Positions 5,837 to 13,630 of a DNA stretch of 17,099 bases are shown piece by piece. Made by a program: the position numbers and the translations under genes. The stretch spans positions 1-17,099 of the forward strand of contig JBGQMB010000020.1 in the NCBI GenBank assembly GCA_041500405.1, read 5' to 3'. A model generated the notes under the pieces. The model saw only the letters and a program-made list of their open reading frames with translations, had not been told where the DNA came from and ran no database searches. Position 1 is the stretch's first letter, and every line of letters begins with the position of its first letter. The DNA comes from Candidatus Micrarchaeia archaeon (GTDB lineage Archaea; Micrarchaeota; Micrarchaeia; Anstonellales; J096).

Positions 5837-6688
5837 TCACGCCTTGTTGTATTTCAGCTTCAGCGCCATTGCCTTGTAGACCAGCTTTGCCGCTATAAAA
5901 TCGGAAACAATGCTGTTCTTCAGCGGCATAAGCTCAACGCAGTCAAACCCAACAACGCTGTATGTCTTGAATGCGGCGTCCAAAAGCAATATTGCCTCGT
6001 ACCACGAAAGGCCCCCTGGCTCCGGGGTCCCGACGCCTGGCATGACGGACGGGTCTAAACAGTCCAGGTCAAAGGAAATGTACAGGGGCAAAGACGGGTC
6101 AAGCGCGGAAACTGTGTCAAGCGCCGCCATCGGGTCCCTTTTGTATGGATAATAAACCGGAATGTGGTTGTCAGCCATGAACTTTGACTCGTCCTGGTTC
6201 AGGCTCCGCACCCCAACAAGCGAGATGCTTTTTGATAAATCATAGACACGCCTTGTCGCGCAGGCATGGCTCCACTTGTTGCCCATGTACTCGTCCTTGA
6301 GGTCGGCATGGGCGTCAAACACAAGATAGTTTAGTTTCGGGTATTTTTTGATAAACCGCTCAAAAACCATCGGCGTTATTGAGTGCCCCCCGCCAAGCAC
6401 AATGGGAAACTTGCCGGCTGAAACGCATTTGTCTATGTTCGCAAGCGCGGTTTCCTTTTTTGGAGCAATGTCGAACGTGAAGACGCTTTTGTCCGCCATG
6501 TTGATCCCGAACTGCTCGTCAAACGGCTCAAGCATTTCCGATGCGTCAAGAATCGCCTTTGGGCCTTTTGCCGTGCCCTTCATGTACGACGTGGTTTTCT
6601 CGTACGCAAACGGGACCACGCAGAATTGCGATTTCTCAAACGTGGAAAACTTGTTCGCATCAGCGCAGAAATTTGTCTTTTTTGCCAT
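5837..6688 (-). CDS. speB: Agmatinase (ureohydrolase family)
   Basis: TTSY..GT..GP.AI..AS, GGGHSIT, DAHADL, SHAC and SFDLDCLDPS.MPGVGTPEPGG motifs. ATG 6688 lies 1 nt after the infB stop and is preferred to the 6715 start. Confidence 0.92.
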   Translation of the reverse strand: MAKKTNFCADANKFSTFEKSQFCVVPFAYEKTTSYMKGTAKGPKAILDASEMLEPFDEQFGINMADKSVFTFDIAPKKETALANIDKCVSAGKFPIVLGGGHSITPMVFERFIKKYPKLNYLVFDAHADLKDEYMGNKWSHACATRRVYDLSKSISLVGVRSLNQDESKFMADNHIPVYYPYKRDPMAALDTVSALDPSLPLYISFDLDCLDPSVMPGVGTPEPGGLSWYEAILLLDAAFKTYSVVGFDCVELMPLKNSIVSDFIAAKLVYKAMALKLKYNKA

Positions 6689-6689
6689 A

Positions 6690-8477
6690 TTAAACGCCCT
6701 TTCCCGATTTTTCAAGAATCGTGTTCATGAGTATCATCTTGTCTATTTCCTTGAGCAGGGCCTTTTCCCCCTCATTGAGCAAAGAATGGTTCTCCTTCCA
6801 GGTCGCTATGTCGTGCCTGTTGAGGTGCGTGAACAGCACCATCCTGTCGTTTATGTCCTTGTTGAGGACGGCGCCAGAGACGCTTACCGCGACCTTTACG
6901 CCCTTTACCGCCTCCTGCAGGGAGATGTTCTTGTCCTGGATGCCCTTCAATTCCCCGACAATCCTGCAATTCTGGTCCATCAGCTGGGCGCCTGGCTTGA
7001 GCACGCCCTCAAGGACCTCGACCCCGAACACCGCGGGGTCGGATTCCCTGAAAAAGTAGCCTCCGAGCACGCGCATCTTCGCAGGAAATGATATTTCGCT
7101 TTTAAGGCTGTCCTTTATGCGGATTTCCTCCTCCTTTTTCCAGATGCCGTATTCATCTATTATCCTGTAGATTATCTCGTTTGCTATTATCTTGACAGAC
7201 TCCTTTTCAGATATCTCAAGGATGTCCTTTCCGATTTTGACGTTGAACGCGAGTATGGCGCCAAAAAACCTGTTCTTTGCGCCCATTGTTTTTGAGAACA
7301 TGATGTCCTCGCGCGAGACGGGGCCCACTCCGACCTTGGAGATTGGGATGGATGCCTGGTTCAAAAGCGTTATCAGGGCCTCGGCGCTTCCCAGCGAATC
7401 CGTCTTTATGAAAATGCCCTCTGTGTCCCCCCTCTCGAAAATGATGCTTTTCCTCTGGTTGGCAAGCTCCTGCTCCTCAATCGCGTCCGCAGCCCCGCAC
7501 GGAGAGCCGGGAATCACGCGTTCGAGCCCTGGCGCAAAAAGCTTCACGCCGGCCGCGGCAACGACGCTGTCAACATAGACGTATTTCTCGTTCGGGTTGT
7601 TGGACGAGACGTTGGGCATAAGGAGGCCGCGGATTTTCGCCTTGAGCACGCCGTCCTGGCTTATGAATACCATCTCGGCTCCCTTCCTGAGCACGCCATT
7701 GTATATTATCACGTCGACCGTTGTTCCCATGCCCTTGAGCTCCTTGACTTCTATGACTGTCCCTTTTACCGGCTCGTCCTTTGAGACATAAAGCGAGTCG
7801 CCCAGGTATTTCTGGCTCATTCCGGAAATCAGCAAAAGAAGCTCGGCTATGCCGGACTTTGTCTTTGCGGAAAGGGGTATTATCGCGAATTCCTTTGTGA
7901 AGTCCCGGACCCTGTCGAACCGCTCTGCGTTCATGCCGTGCTCGCTGAGCGAGCCTATGAGATTGTACACCTTGTTGTCCAAGGCCTCCTGCGCGTCCTG
8001 CCTTTGGGATTTCAGGGACTCGAGGAAGCTCAGCTTTCCGGCGTCTTTCCAGCCGTCAATCATGTCTATCTTGTTGGCGGCTATCACGAACGGCGTCTTG
8101 TACTCCTTGAGGATTTTTATGCTCTCTATTGTCTGCGGCTGAATGCCCTGCATTATGTCAATCACGAGAATCGCCATGTCGCATATGCTTCCGCCCCTTT
8201 CCCTTAGGCTGGAAAACGCCTCATGCCCCGGCGTGTCAATGAACAGCAAGCCAGGAATCGTCAGCTCTGTCTTGAATATGGACTTTATCGGGGCGACAAT
8301 CTCCTCTATTGAGCCTATTGAAAGATAGCTGGCCCCGACCATCTGGGTTATCCTTCCCGCCTCCTTGCCAGCGACGTTTGAGCCCCTTATTGCGTCCAGA
8401 AGCGATGTCTTCCCGTGATCCACATGGCCTAGCACCGAAATGATGGGTGAGCGTATGTGTCGGGAAGAAGCGTCCAT
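6690..8477 (-). CDS. infB: Translation initiation factor aIF5B (IF-2)
   Basis: 595 aa. IRSPIISVLGHVDHGKT, EAGRITQ, DTPGHEAF, NKID and D.LGS.EAL motifs; no intein. Confidence 0.97.
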   Translation of the reverse strand: MDASSRHIRSPIISVLGHVDHGKTSLLDAIRGSNVAGKEAGRITQMVGASYLSIGSIEEIVAPIKSIFKTELTIPGLLFIDTPGHEAFSSLRERGGSICDMAILVIDIMQGIQPQTIESIKILKEYKTPFVIAANKIDMIDGWKDAGKLSFLESLKSQRQDAQEALDNKVYNLIGSLSEHGMNAERFDRVRDFTKEFAIIPLSAKTKSGIAELLLLISGMSQKYLGDSLYVSKDEPVKGTVIEVKELKGMGTTVDVIIYNGVLRKGAEMVFISQDGVLKAKIRGLLMPNVSSNNPNEKYVYVDSVVAAAGVKLFAPGLERVIPGSPCGAADAIEEQELANQRKSIIFERGDTEGIFIKTDSLGSAEALITLLNQASIPISKVGVGPVSREDIMFSKTMGAKNRFFGAILAFNVKIGKDILEISEKESVKIIANEIIYRIIDEYGIWKKEEEIRIKDSLKSEISFPAKMRVLGGYFFRESDPAVFGVEVLEGVLKPGAQLMDQNCRIVGELKGIQDKNISLQEAVKGVKVAVSVSGAVLNKDINDRMVLFTHLNRHDIATWKENHSLLNEGEKALLKEIDKMILMNTILEKSGKGV

Positions 8478-8500
8478 AAGGAAGAATTTCGGAAGTAGAT

Positions 8501-8557
8501 AATTTAAACGTTTGTAAATCCGGAAGCCAGGGCAGCGGCAAAGGCATGATTTAAAAA
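8501..8557. promoter_or_regulatory. Divergent TATA boxes for infB (-) and DUF92 (+)
   Basis: TTTAAATT on the minus strand at 8501-8508 (23 nt before ATG 8477); TTTAAAAA at 8550-8557 (24 nt before ATG 8582). Confidence 0.55.
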
Positions 8558-8581
8558 TACTGCACAGCCTAAGATGGCAAT

Positions 8582-9214
8582 ATGCAGATGTTCACACTGA
8601 ACAGCATAGGCGTGGTTCTTGCCATAGTGCTCGGGCTGCTGATAAACCATTTCATCGGGCTTAACGGCGTGATAATGATGGCCATTTTCCTGCTTGTTTC
8701 AGCTTACATAACAAGCTACGAGTACAACCAGAAGAAGGTTCTGGGGCTGTATGACTACGCAAGGGGATGGCAGAACGTCTTTTCAAACGGCATAATGCCG
8801 GTCATTTTCGCAATCGCATCCGGAGGATACGGCGTGTTCCCGTTCCTGGGAAGCGTGGCCTCCGTGATGGCGGACAAGATGTCCTCGGAAATAGGCGTGA
8901 TAGACAAGGATGCCTATGACATATTGGGATTCAAGAAGGTCAAGCCCGGCGTGAACGGCGGCGTAAGCCTCACAGGGACTTTGGCGTCGCTGACCGGAGG
9001 CGTGATAATCGGCATAGCCGCAACATACCTTTTCGGCATAACGCCGCTGCAGGCATTCATGGTCGGCATATGCGGCCTTGTCGGCTCGCTCGCGGACAGC
9101 GTTGCGGGCCACTTTGAGGAAAAAGGGCTTGGAAGCAAGGGCACGAGCAACATCGTCGGCGCAATGGCCGGCGGCATTTGCGCGATAGCCCTTCGGGAAA
9201 TAGGGATGATATAG
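8582..9214 (+). CDS. DUF92 / TMEM19 family membrane protein
   Basis: 210 aa, multi-TM. RGWQNVFSNG, ADKMSSEIG, V.PG.NGGVS..GT and GSL.DS..G motifs typical of DUF92. Confidence 0.88.
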   Translation: MQMFTLNSIGVVLAIVLGLLINHFIGLNGVIMMAIFLLVSAYITSYEYNQKKVLGLYDYARGWQNVFSNGIMPVIFAIASGGYGVFPFLGSVASVMADKMSSEIGVIDKDAYDILGFKKVKPGVNGGVSLTGTLASLTGGVIIGIAATYLFGITPLQAFMVGICGLVGSLADSVAGHFEEKGLGSKGTSNIVGAMAGGICAIALREIGMI

Positions 9215-9937
9215 ATGGAAAAACAGGCGGTCATACTTGCTGGCGGAAGGGGGCAGAGATTGAGGCCCTACACCGATGCGGCGCCGAAGCCGATGCTCAT
9301 GCTCGGCTCAAAGCCGATACTGGAATACACGGTAGCAAATTTGAAAAGGAACGGTTTCACCGACATAATGATATGCGCGGGATACAAGCACGAGATGATA
9401 AAGAGGCATTTCGGGGACGGAAAGAGGTTCGGGGTCAGCATAACATATTCTATAGAGGAGACTCCGCTGGGGACCGGCGGGGCCTTGGTTGCGGTGAAGG
9501 ACAGGCTGAAAGAGCATTTTGTCCTTGCGATGGCAGACCACGTGACTGACGCCAACCTGGCGGCGCTTTACGACTACCATGTGAAAAGCAAGTCGATGGT
9601 GACGATTGCGCTGGCGGAGATAAGCCACATAAGCGAATACGGCGTTGTTGACGTTGACGACGACACCGTCACGGGATTCAGGGAGAAACCGACGTTCTCA
9701 AACTTGGTCAATACCGCGATATACGCGATTGACAGGAAGATAATGGACCATATAAGGGAAAGGGACGACATGTCGACGGACGTCATACCCCGGATAATGG
9801 AAAGCAGGAAGCTTGTCAACTATTATGTCACAAAGGACTTCTGGAAGGACATCGGGACGGTTAAGGAGTACGAGCATTTCCGCGATTCCTTTGCGTCAAT
9901 AGAGGTTTACCACAACCTGTTCGGCGGGAAAATCTAA
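9215..9937 (+). CDS. Sugar-phosphate nucleotidyltransferase (NDP-sugar pyrophosphorylase)
   Basis: 240 aa. AVILAGGRGQRLRPYT..PKPM, EETPLGTGG, YGVV, FREKP and WKDIGT motifs; starts directly after the DUF92 stop. Confidence 0.93.
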   Translation: MEKQAVILAGGRGQRLRPYTDAAPKPMLMLGSKPILEYTVANLKRNGFTDIMICAGYKHEMIKRHFGDGKRFGVSITYSIEETPLGTGGALVAVKDRLKEHFVLAMADHVTDANLAALYDYHVKSKSMVTIALAEISHISEYGVVDVDDDTVTGFREKPTFSNLVNTAIYAIDRKIMDHIRERDDMSTDVIPRIMESRKLVNYYVTKDFWKDIGTVKEYEHFRDSFASIEVYHNLFGGKI

Positions 9938-10902
9938 ATCAGGAACAGGCAAACACCAATAACTGCGAACACTGTTTCTATTCCAATGAAGAGCAATACC
10001 AGATTTGTCTCCTCTATTCCGTTGAGCATCTTCATCGCAAGCTGCGCGAATCCCCTTGGCCTGTCATTGAGGCAGTAAAGCTTGCCTTGCTTGAATTCGC
10101 CCCACCAGCCTGTTGATGGAAATCCGTTCTTTGCCTTGATTGCGAAGTCAACCAAATACGGAATGAAAACAACTGCGTACATCTCCATCCTTCCTGCGAT
10201 CATCAAAACTGCCAAAAGCCCGCCAATCAGCAGGGTTGCAGTGTCCCCTGGGAACGCCCTTGCCTTTGGGAATCCCAATGCGAATCCTGCTATGAAGGCG
10301 CCTAGCGCAGCAGCCGCAACAAGTGCGATTGTTTCGTTGCCTGCAAGCGCCGCGATTATCAGCAGGCCCAGATACATCGGCATTGCCATGCCGTATTCCA
10401 TGCCGTTGAAGCCTGCAAGCATGTTCGTCAGGTTTGCGGAAACGGTTATTGCAAGCGCGATTATCGCATAGTATAAAATTCCGAAGCCCACCAGCCCGAG
10501 TATCGGGATGAAGATGGACGTGCTTGTGTTGAGCATTGCCGCGATTATTGGCAGGGACGCAAGCATGGGTATGAACGCCTTTGGAAGCTGCGGTATGGAC
10601 ACAAGGTCATCAATTGCGCCTATCAGCAGCAGGAGCGCGGCCGAGAGAATGATTGCAAAGAACAGCGTTGAATCTACCGAAAGCGTTGAAAACGAGATTC
10701 CAAGAATGGCGAAAAGCATGACTGAAAACAGCATGCCTAAGCCTGCGCCAAGGCCTCCCATCTCAGCGACCACTGGATAATCGGGCTTGTTAACGTCCTT
10801 TCCGGATATGCCCGCGCTGACAAGCCTCGGTATCAGGAACGCTATTATGGCGTAGGAAACCACTATTGAAAGCGCCATTGCGGCCAGAACTGCCGGTAAC
10901 AT
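9934..10902 (-). CDS. aglH: UDP-GlcNAc:dolichyl-phosphate GlcNAc-1-P transferase (AglH/GPT, MraY-like Glycos_transf_4)
   Basis: 322 aa, multi-TM. G.DVNK, AEMGGL, GAIDD, NLTNMLAGFNGME and FPGDT motifs; 4-nt convergent overlap with the nucleotidyltransferase. Confidence 0.88.
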   Translation of the reverse strand: MLPAVLAAMALSIVVSYAIIAFLIPRLVSAGISGKDVNKPDYPVVAEMGGLGAGLGMLFSVMLFAILGISFSTLSVDSTLFFAIILSAALLLLIGAIDDLVSIPQLPKAFIPMLASLPIIAAMLNTSTSIFIPILGLVGFGILYYAIIALAITVSANLTNMLAGFNGMEYGMAMPMYLGLLIIAALAGNETIALVAAAALGAFIAGFALGFPKARAFPGDTATLLIGGLLAVLMIAGRMEMYAVVFIPYLVDFAIKAKNGFPSTGWWGEFKQGKLYCLNDRPRGFAQLAMKMLNGIEETNLVLLFIGIETVFAVIGVCLFLI

Positions 10903-10924
10903 GGGTTATGTTGATGCGACGGAG

Positions 10925-11033
10925 ATTTAAAAAGCGTTTTGCCCGGAGTTATGGTAATTGACACACAATTGAACATAGAATACCAGAAACATTTAAAAAT
11001 AGAAGGAAATAAACAAAAGAGTGGATTTAAAAG
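10925..11033. promoter_or_regulatory. Divergent aglH/tfb promoter region with three ATTTAAAA boxes
   Basis: ATTTAAAA at 10925, 10991 and 11025. The first fits aglH (minus strand); the other two precede tfb. GGTGG SD-like element before ATG 11053. Confidence 0.55.
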
Positions 11034-11052
11034 ACTTACTTTTGGTGGGACA

Positions 11053-11292
11053 ATGAAAAAAACAAAGGCAAAGAAGAAGGCAACTAAGAAAGCTATCAAG
11101 AAAAAGCCGGCAAAGAAGAAGATGCTCAAAAAGGTCATAAAAAAGATGCCGAAGGCAAAGCTGAAGGCGAAGCAAAAGCCGAAGCGCCTGCTAAAGCATA
11201 AGCTGAAAGGCAAGGCAAGGCACAGACCAAAGGCGACGCTGAAGCACAAGCCGAAGATAAAGGCAAAGCCGAAGCACAAAACGATGAAAAGG
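11053..11292 (+). repeat. Low-complexity Lys/Ala/Pro-rich coding tract (H1 C-terminal tail-like)
   Basis: 80 aa with 37 K, 4 R and no D/E by manual count; KAK, KPK and KHK units. Confidence 0.85.
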
Positions 11293-12363
11293 GCCGCGCC
11301 AGTGCCGCAGATGATAACACGCGAGGAGCCGCGCGTAGCAGAGATAATAACTGCGCCGCACCACCCGACGGTGCGCGAGAGCTATATAGAAAGGCCTGAG
11401 CCAGCAAGGCAGTACCTTCACCACGCCCCGCCTTCGCAGACGGAGGAAAGCGACGAAACGGTCAAGAAGTGCCCTGAATGCGGCGGCTCAAACCTGATAA
11501 GGGACTATGAAAGGGGGGAGATAATCTGCAGGACATGCGGATTGGTCATAACAGACGCGCTAACGGATTTCGGCCCTGAATGGAGGGCGTTTGACTCAGA
11601 ACAGAAGGACAAGAGGGCAAGGACCGGCGGTCCGACCAAGCTTATGAGGCCGAACAAGGGCCTTGTAACGGAAATAGACCAATACAACAAGGACATAAGG
11701 GGAGCGAAGATAGACAGCAAACTGCAGGCGCAGCTCCACAGGATGAGGAAATGGCACAAGAGGATAAGCATCGCATCCAGCTTCGAGAAGAACCTTGCGA
11801 TAGCGCTGGGCGAGCTGGACAGGGTTGCAAGCTCCCTTGGTTTGCCTGACAACATAAAGGAGAACATAGCCGCGCTTTACAGGAAAGCTGTCAAAAGCGA
11901 GCTCATAAGGGGAAGGCTCATTGAAAGCGTCGTTGCCGCAGTGATTTACGCCGCGTGCAGGATATACGGCATACCAAGGACGCTTGACGAGATAAGCAAG
12001 ATAAGCGGCGTCGAGAAAAAGGAGATAGGAAGGGCTTACAGGTTCCTGAAAAAGGAGCTAGAGCTTGACATTCCGCTTACCGACCCGAGCGCTTATGTTC
12101 CGAAGTTCGCGGTTGTGCTGAACCTCAGCAGGGACGTCCAGATGATGGCGATTGAGATAATCAAGAAGTCGCTCAAGAAGGGATTGATTTCCGGAAGGGG
12201 GCCGACTGGCGTTGCGGCAGCTGCATTGTACATAGCGGCCGCGATGAAGAACGAGAAACGGACCCAGAAGGAAGTTGCGGACGTTGCCGGAGTGACTGAA
12301 GTCACGATAAGGAACAGATACAGGGAACTGAAAAAGGAACTGGAAATCGACATAAACCTTTGA
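11053..12363 (+). CDS. tfb: Transcription initiation factor IIB with a long Lys-rich N-terminal extension
   Basis: 436 aa from ATG 11053. Zn ribbon CPECG...CRTCG from 11470, B-reader GPEWRAF, two cyclin repeats, C-terminal TQKEVADVAGVTEVTIRNRY. The TTG start at 10939 lies in AT-rich promoter DNA. Confidence 0.95.
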   Translation: MKKTKAKKKATKKAIKKKPAKKKMLKKVIKKMPKAKLKAKQKPKRLLKHKLKGKARHRPKATLKHKPKIKAKPKHKTMKRAAPVPQMITREEPRVAEIITAPHHPTVRESYIERPEPARQYLHHAPPSQTEESDETVKKCPECGGSNLIRDYERGEIICRTCGLVITDALTDFGPEWRAFDSEQKDKRARTGGPTKLMRPNKGLVTEIDQYNKDIRGAKIDSKLQAQLHRMRKWHKRISIASSFEKNLAIALGELDRVASSLGLPDNIKENIAALYRKAVKSELIRGRLIESVVAAVIYAACRIYGIPRTLDEISKISGVEKKEIGRAYRFLKKELELDIPLTDPSAYVPKFAVVLNLSRDVQMMAIEIIKKSLKKGLISGRGPTGVAAAALYIAAAMKNEKRTQKEVADVAGVTEVTIRNRYRELKKELEIDINL

Positions 12364-12417
12364 GGTTTGACTTCCGCATCCCATTTGTTTTTAACACTTT
12401 TGATGCTTAAGTCCAGT

Positions 12418-12825
12418 ATGGGGGATGCGCAACTGGACAAGACTATTCCACGCACAGTCCAGCAGCAGGTCCCTGCCAAGAACGCAATGACAGTGGTGCT
12501 CCGCAAGATTGACCCCAAGCTTGACCTTGGGTTGATTGAGGAAATCAGAAGGGGCAGGAAATGCAGGATGGACGTGCTGAAGCACCTGCTTAATGCAGGG
12601 GCAAATCCGAACGCGCAGGCCGAGGACGGATGGAGCGCGCTCCACCTTGCCGTGAAAGAAGAGAACAGGAAGGCGTGCAAGTTCCTGCTGAAGAACGGGG
12701 CCAACGTCAACGCGCTCACGTACGGAAGAAGCACGCCCATGCTGGTTGCCAAATTCCGAGGAAATAACGGCATCATCAGGCTGCTCAGGAAGAGCGGCGG
12801 CGAATCGTCGGAAATTTTCGCTTGA
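12418..12825 (+). CDS. Ankyrin repeat protein (~3 repeats; alternative starts 12403 and 12367)
   Basis: LLNAGANPNA, GWSALHLAV...KFLLKNGANVNA and STPMLVA...IIRLL. TTTTTAAC at 12388-12395 favours ATG 12418. Confidence 0.9.
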   Translation: MGDAQLDKTIPRTVQQQVPAKNAMTVVLRKIDPKLDLGLIEEIRRGRKCRMDVLKHLLNAGANPNAQAEDGWSALHLAVKEENRKACKFLLKNGANVNALTYGRSTPMLVAKFRGNNGIIRLLRKSGGESSEIFA

Positions 12826-12832
12826 GCGTGCC

Positions 12833-12840
12833 TTTTAAAA
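12833..12840 (+). promoter_or_regulatory. TATA-like box for the three-gene operon
   Basis: TTTTAAAA 22 nt before ATG 12863. Confidence 0.55.
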
Positions 12841-12862
12841 CATTCTCAATCATCCCCTATTG

Positions 12863-13630
12863 ATGAATCACCAGGATGAAATCCTGAAAAGAGGCTATGC
12901 CGAGGAAGAGCGCAAGCAGAGGGAGCTGAAAAAAGAGGCGGTCGACCTTGGCACGAAGGAGGGCTTCAGGATAGCCTACCTTGCTGAAAAGAAAAAGGAG
13001 CCAACCCCTGTTGAAACAGAGAAGTTCAAGAGCGCGGTTATTGGGCTGAACACGCTGATATCCAAGTCAAACAGCATGGACGAGAAGATACTTTTCAGCG
13101 TCGCGGAGATGGTTGAAAGGGGCGACGCGAGGGGCATAAGCAAGCTTTTCGAGAAAAATCCGGATGCTGCAAAGGCCGCCAACGCAATGATAGAGAACAG
13201 GGAAATGTGCGAATTTGTCATAAGGAACGCGTATGCCAATATGGCGTTCACCAATGAGTTCGGCAGGGTAATGGACGTCAGGGACTTGCTGAAAGTCCAT
13301 ATCGCAATAAAGAAGGACCCGAAATATAGGGCGCTGCTGGAGGAGTTGAGGAAGGACGAAAGGTTCAGGGCGACCCAGGACAAGACAGACCCGATAATCC
13401 TGTACCTGCTTATGAAAAACCTGCTGCCCAGCCTGATGGCGTCCGGCATGTTCGGCAACGCGCTTAAGTCATTCATGGGAAAGATAATGGGAACGCTGAG
13501 CATAAATATAGCGTCGTCTGAAAAGGGCGCCTCGCTCATAGGCAATCTTGCAAAGGCGGTTTCAATTTTCGGCACAGGGGACGGATTCGTCCTTGGCCAG
13601 ATACTGGGGGGATTGGCATGGAAAGGATAG
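12863..13630 (+). CDS. Hypothetical helical protein with hydrophobic Gly-rich C-terminus
   Basis: 255 aa with native-looking codon style; charged N-terminal two-thirds; overlaps the next ORF by 13 nt. Confidence 0.85.
   Translation: MNHQDEILKRGYAEEERKQRELKKEAVDLGTKEGFRIAYLAEKKKEPTPVETEKFKSAVIGLNTLISKSNSMDEKILFSVAEMVERGDARGISKLFEKNPDAAKAANAMIENREMCEFVIRNAYANMAFTNEFGRVMDVRDLLKVHIAIKKDPKYRALLEELRKDERFRATQDKTDPIILYLLMKNLLPSLMASGMFGNALKSFMGKIMGTLSINIASSEKGASLIGNLAKAVSIFGTGDGFVLGQILGGLAWKG

Noticed and set aside
6348..7091. 247-aa plus-strand ORF
   Set aside because: Antisense to speB and infB, spans their junction, no family features.
10939..11052. Further TFB extension from TTG 10939
   Set aside because: AT-rich region containing the TATA-like boxes; ATG 11053 has an SD-like element.
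10863..11279. Phe-rich 138-aa minus-strand membrane protein
   Set aside because: Reverse complement of the Lys codon tract of tfb (AAA/AAG read as TTT/CTT).
12093..12776. 227-aa minus-strand ORF
   Set aside because: Antisense to tfb and the ankyrin gene.
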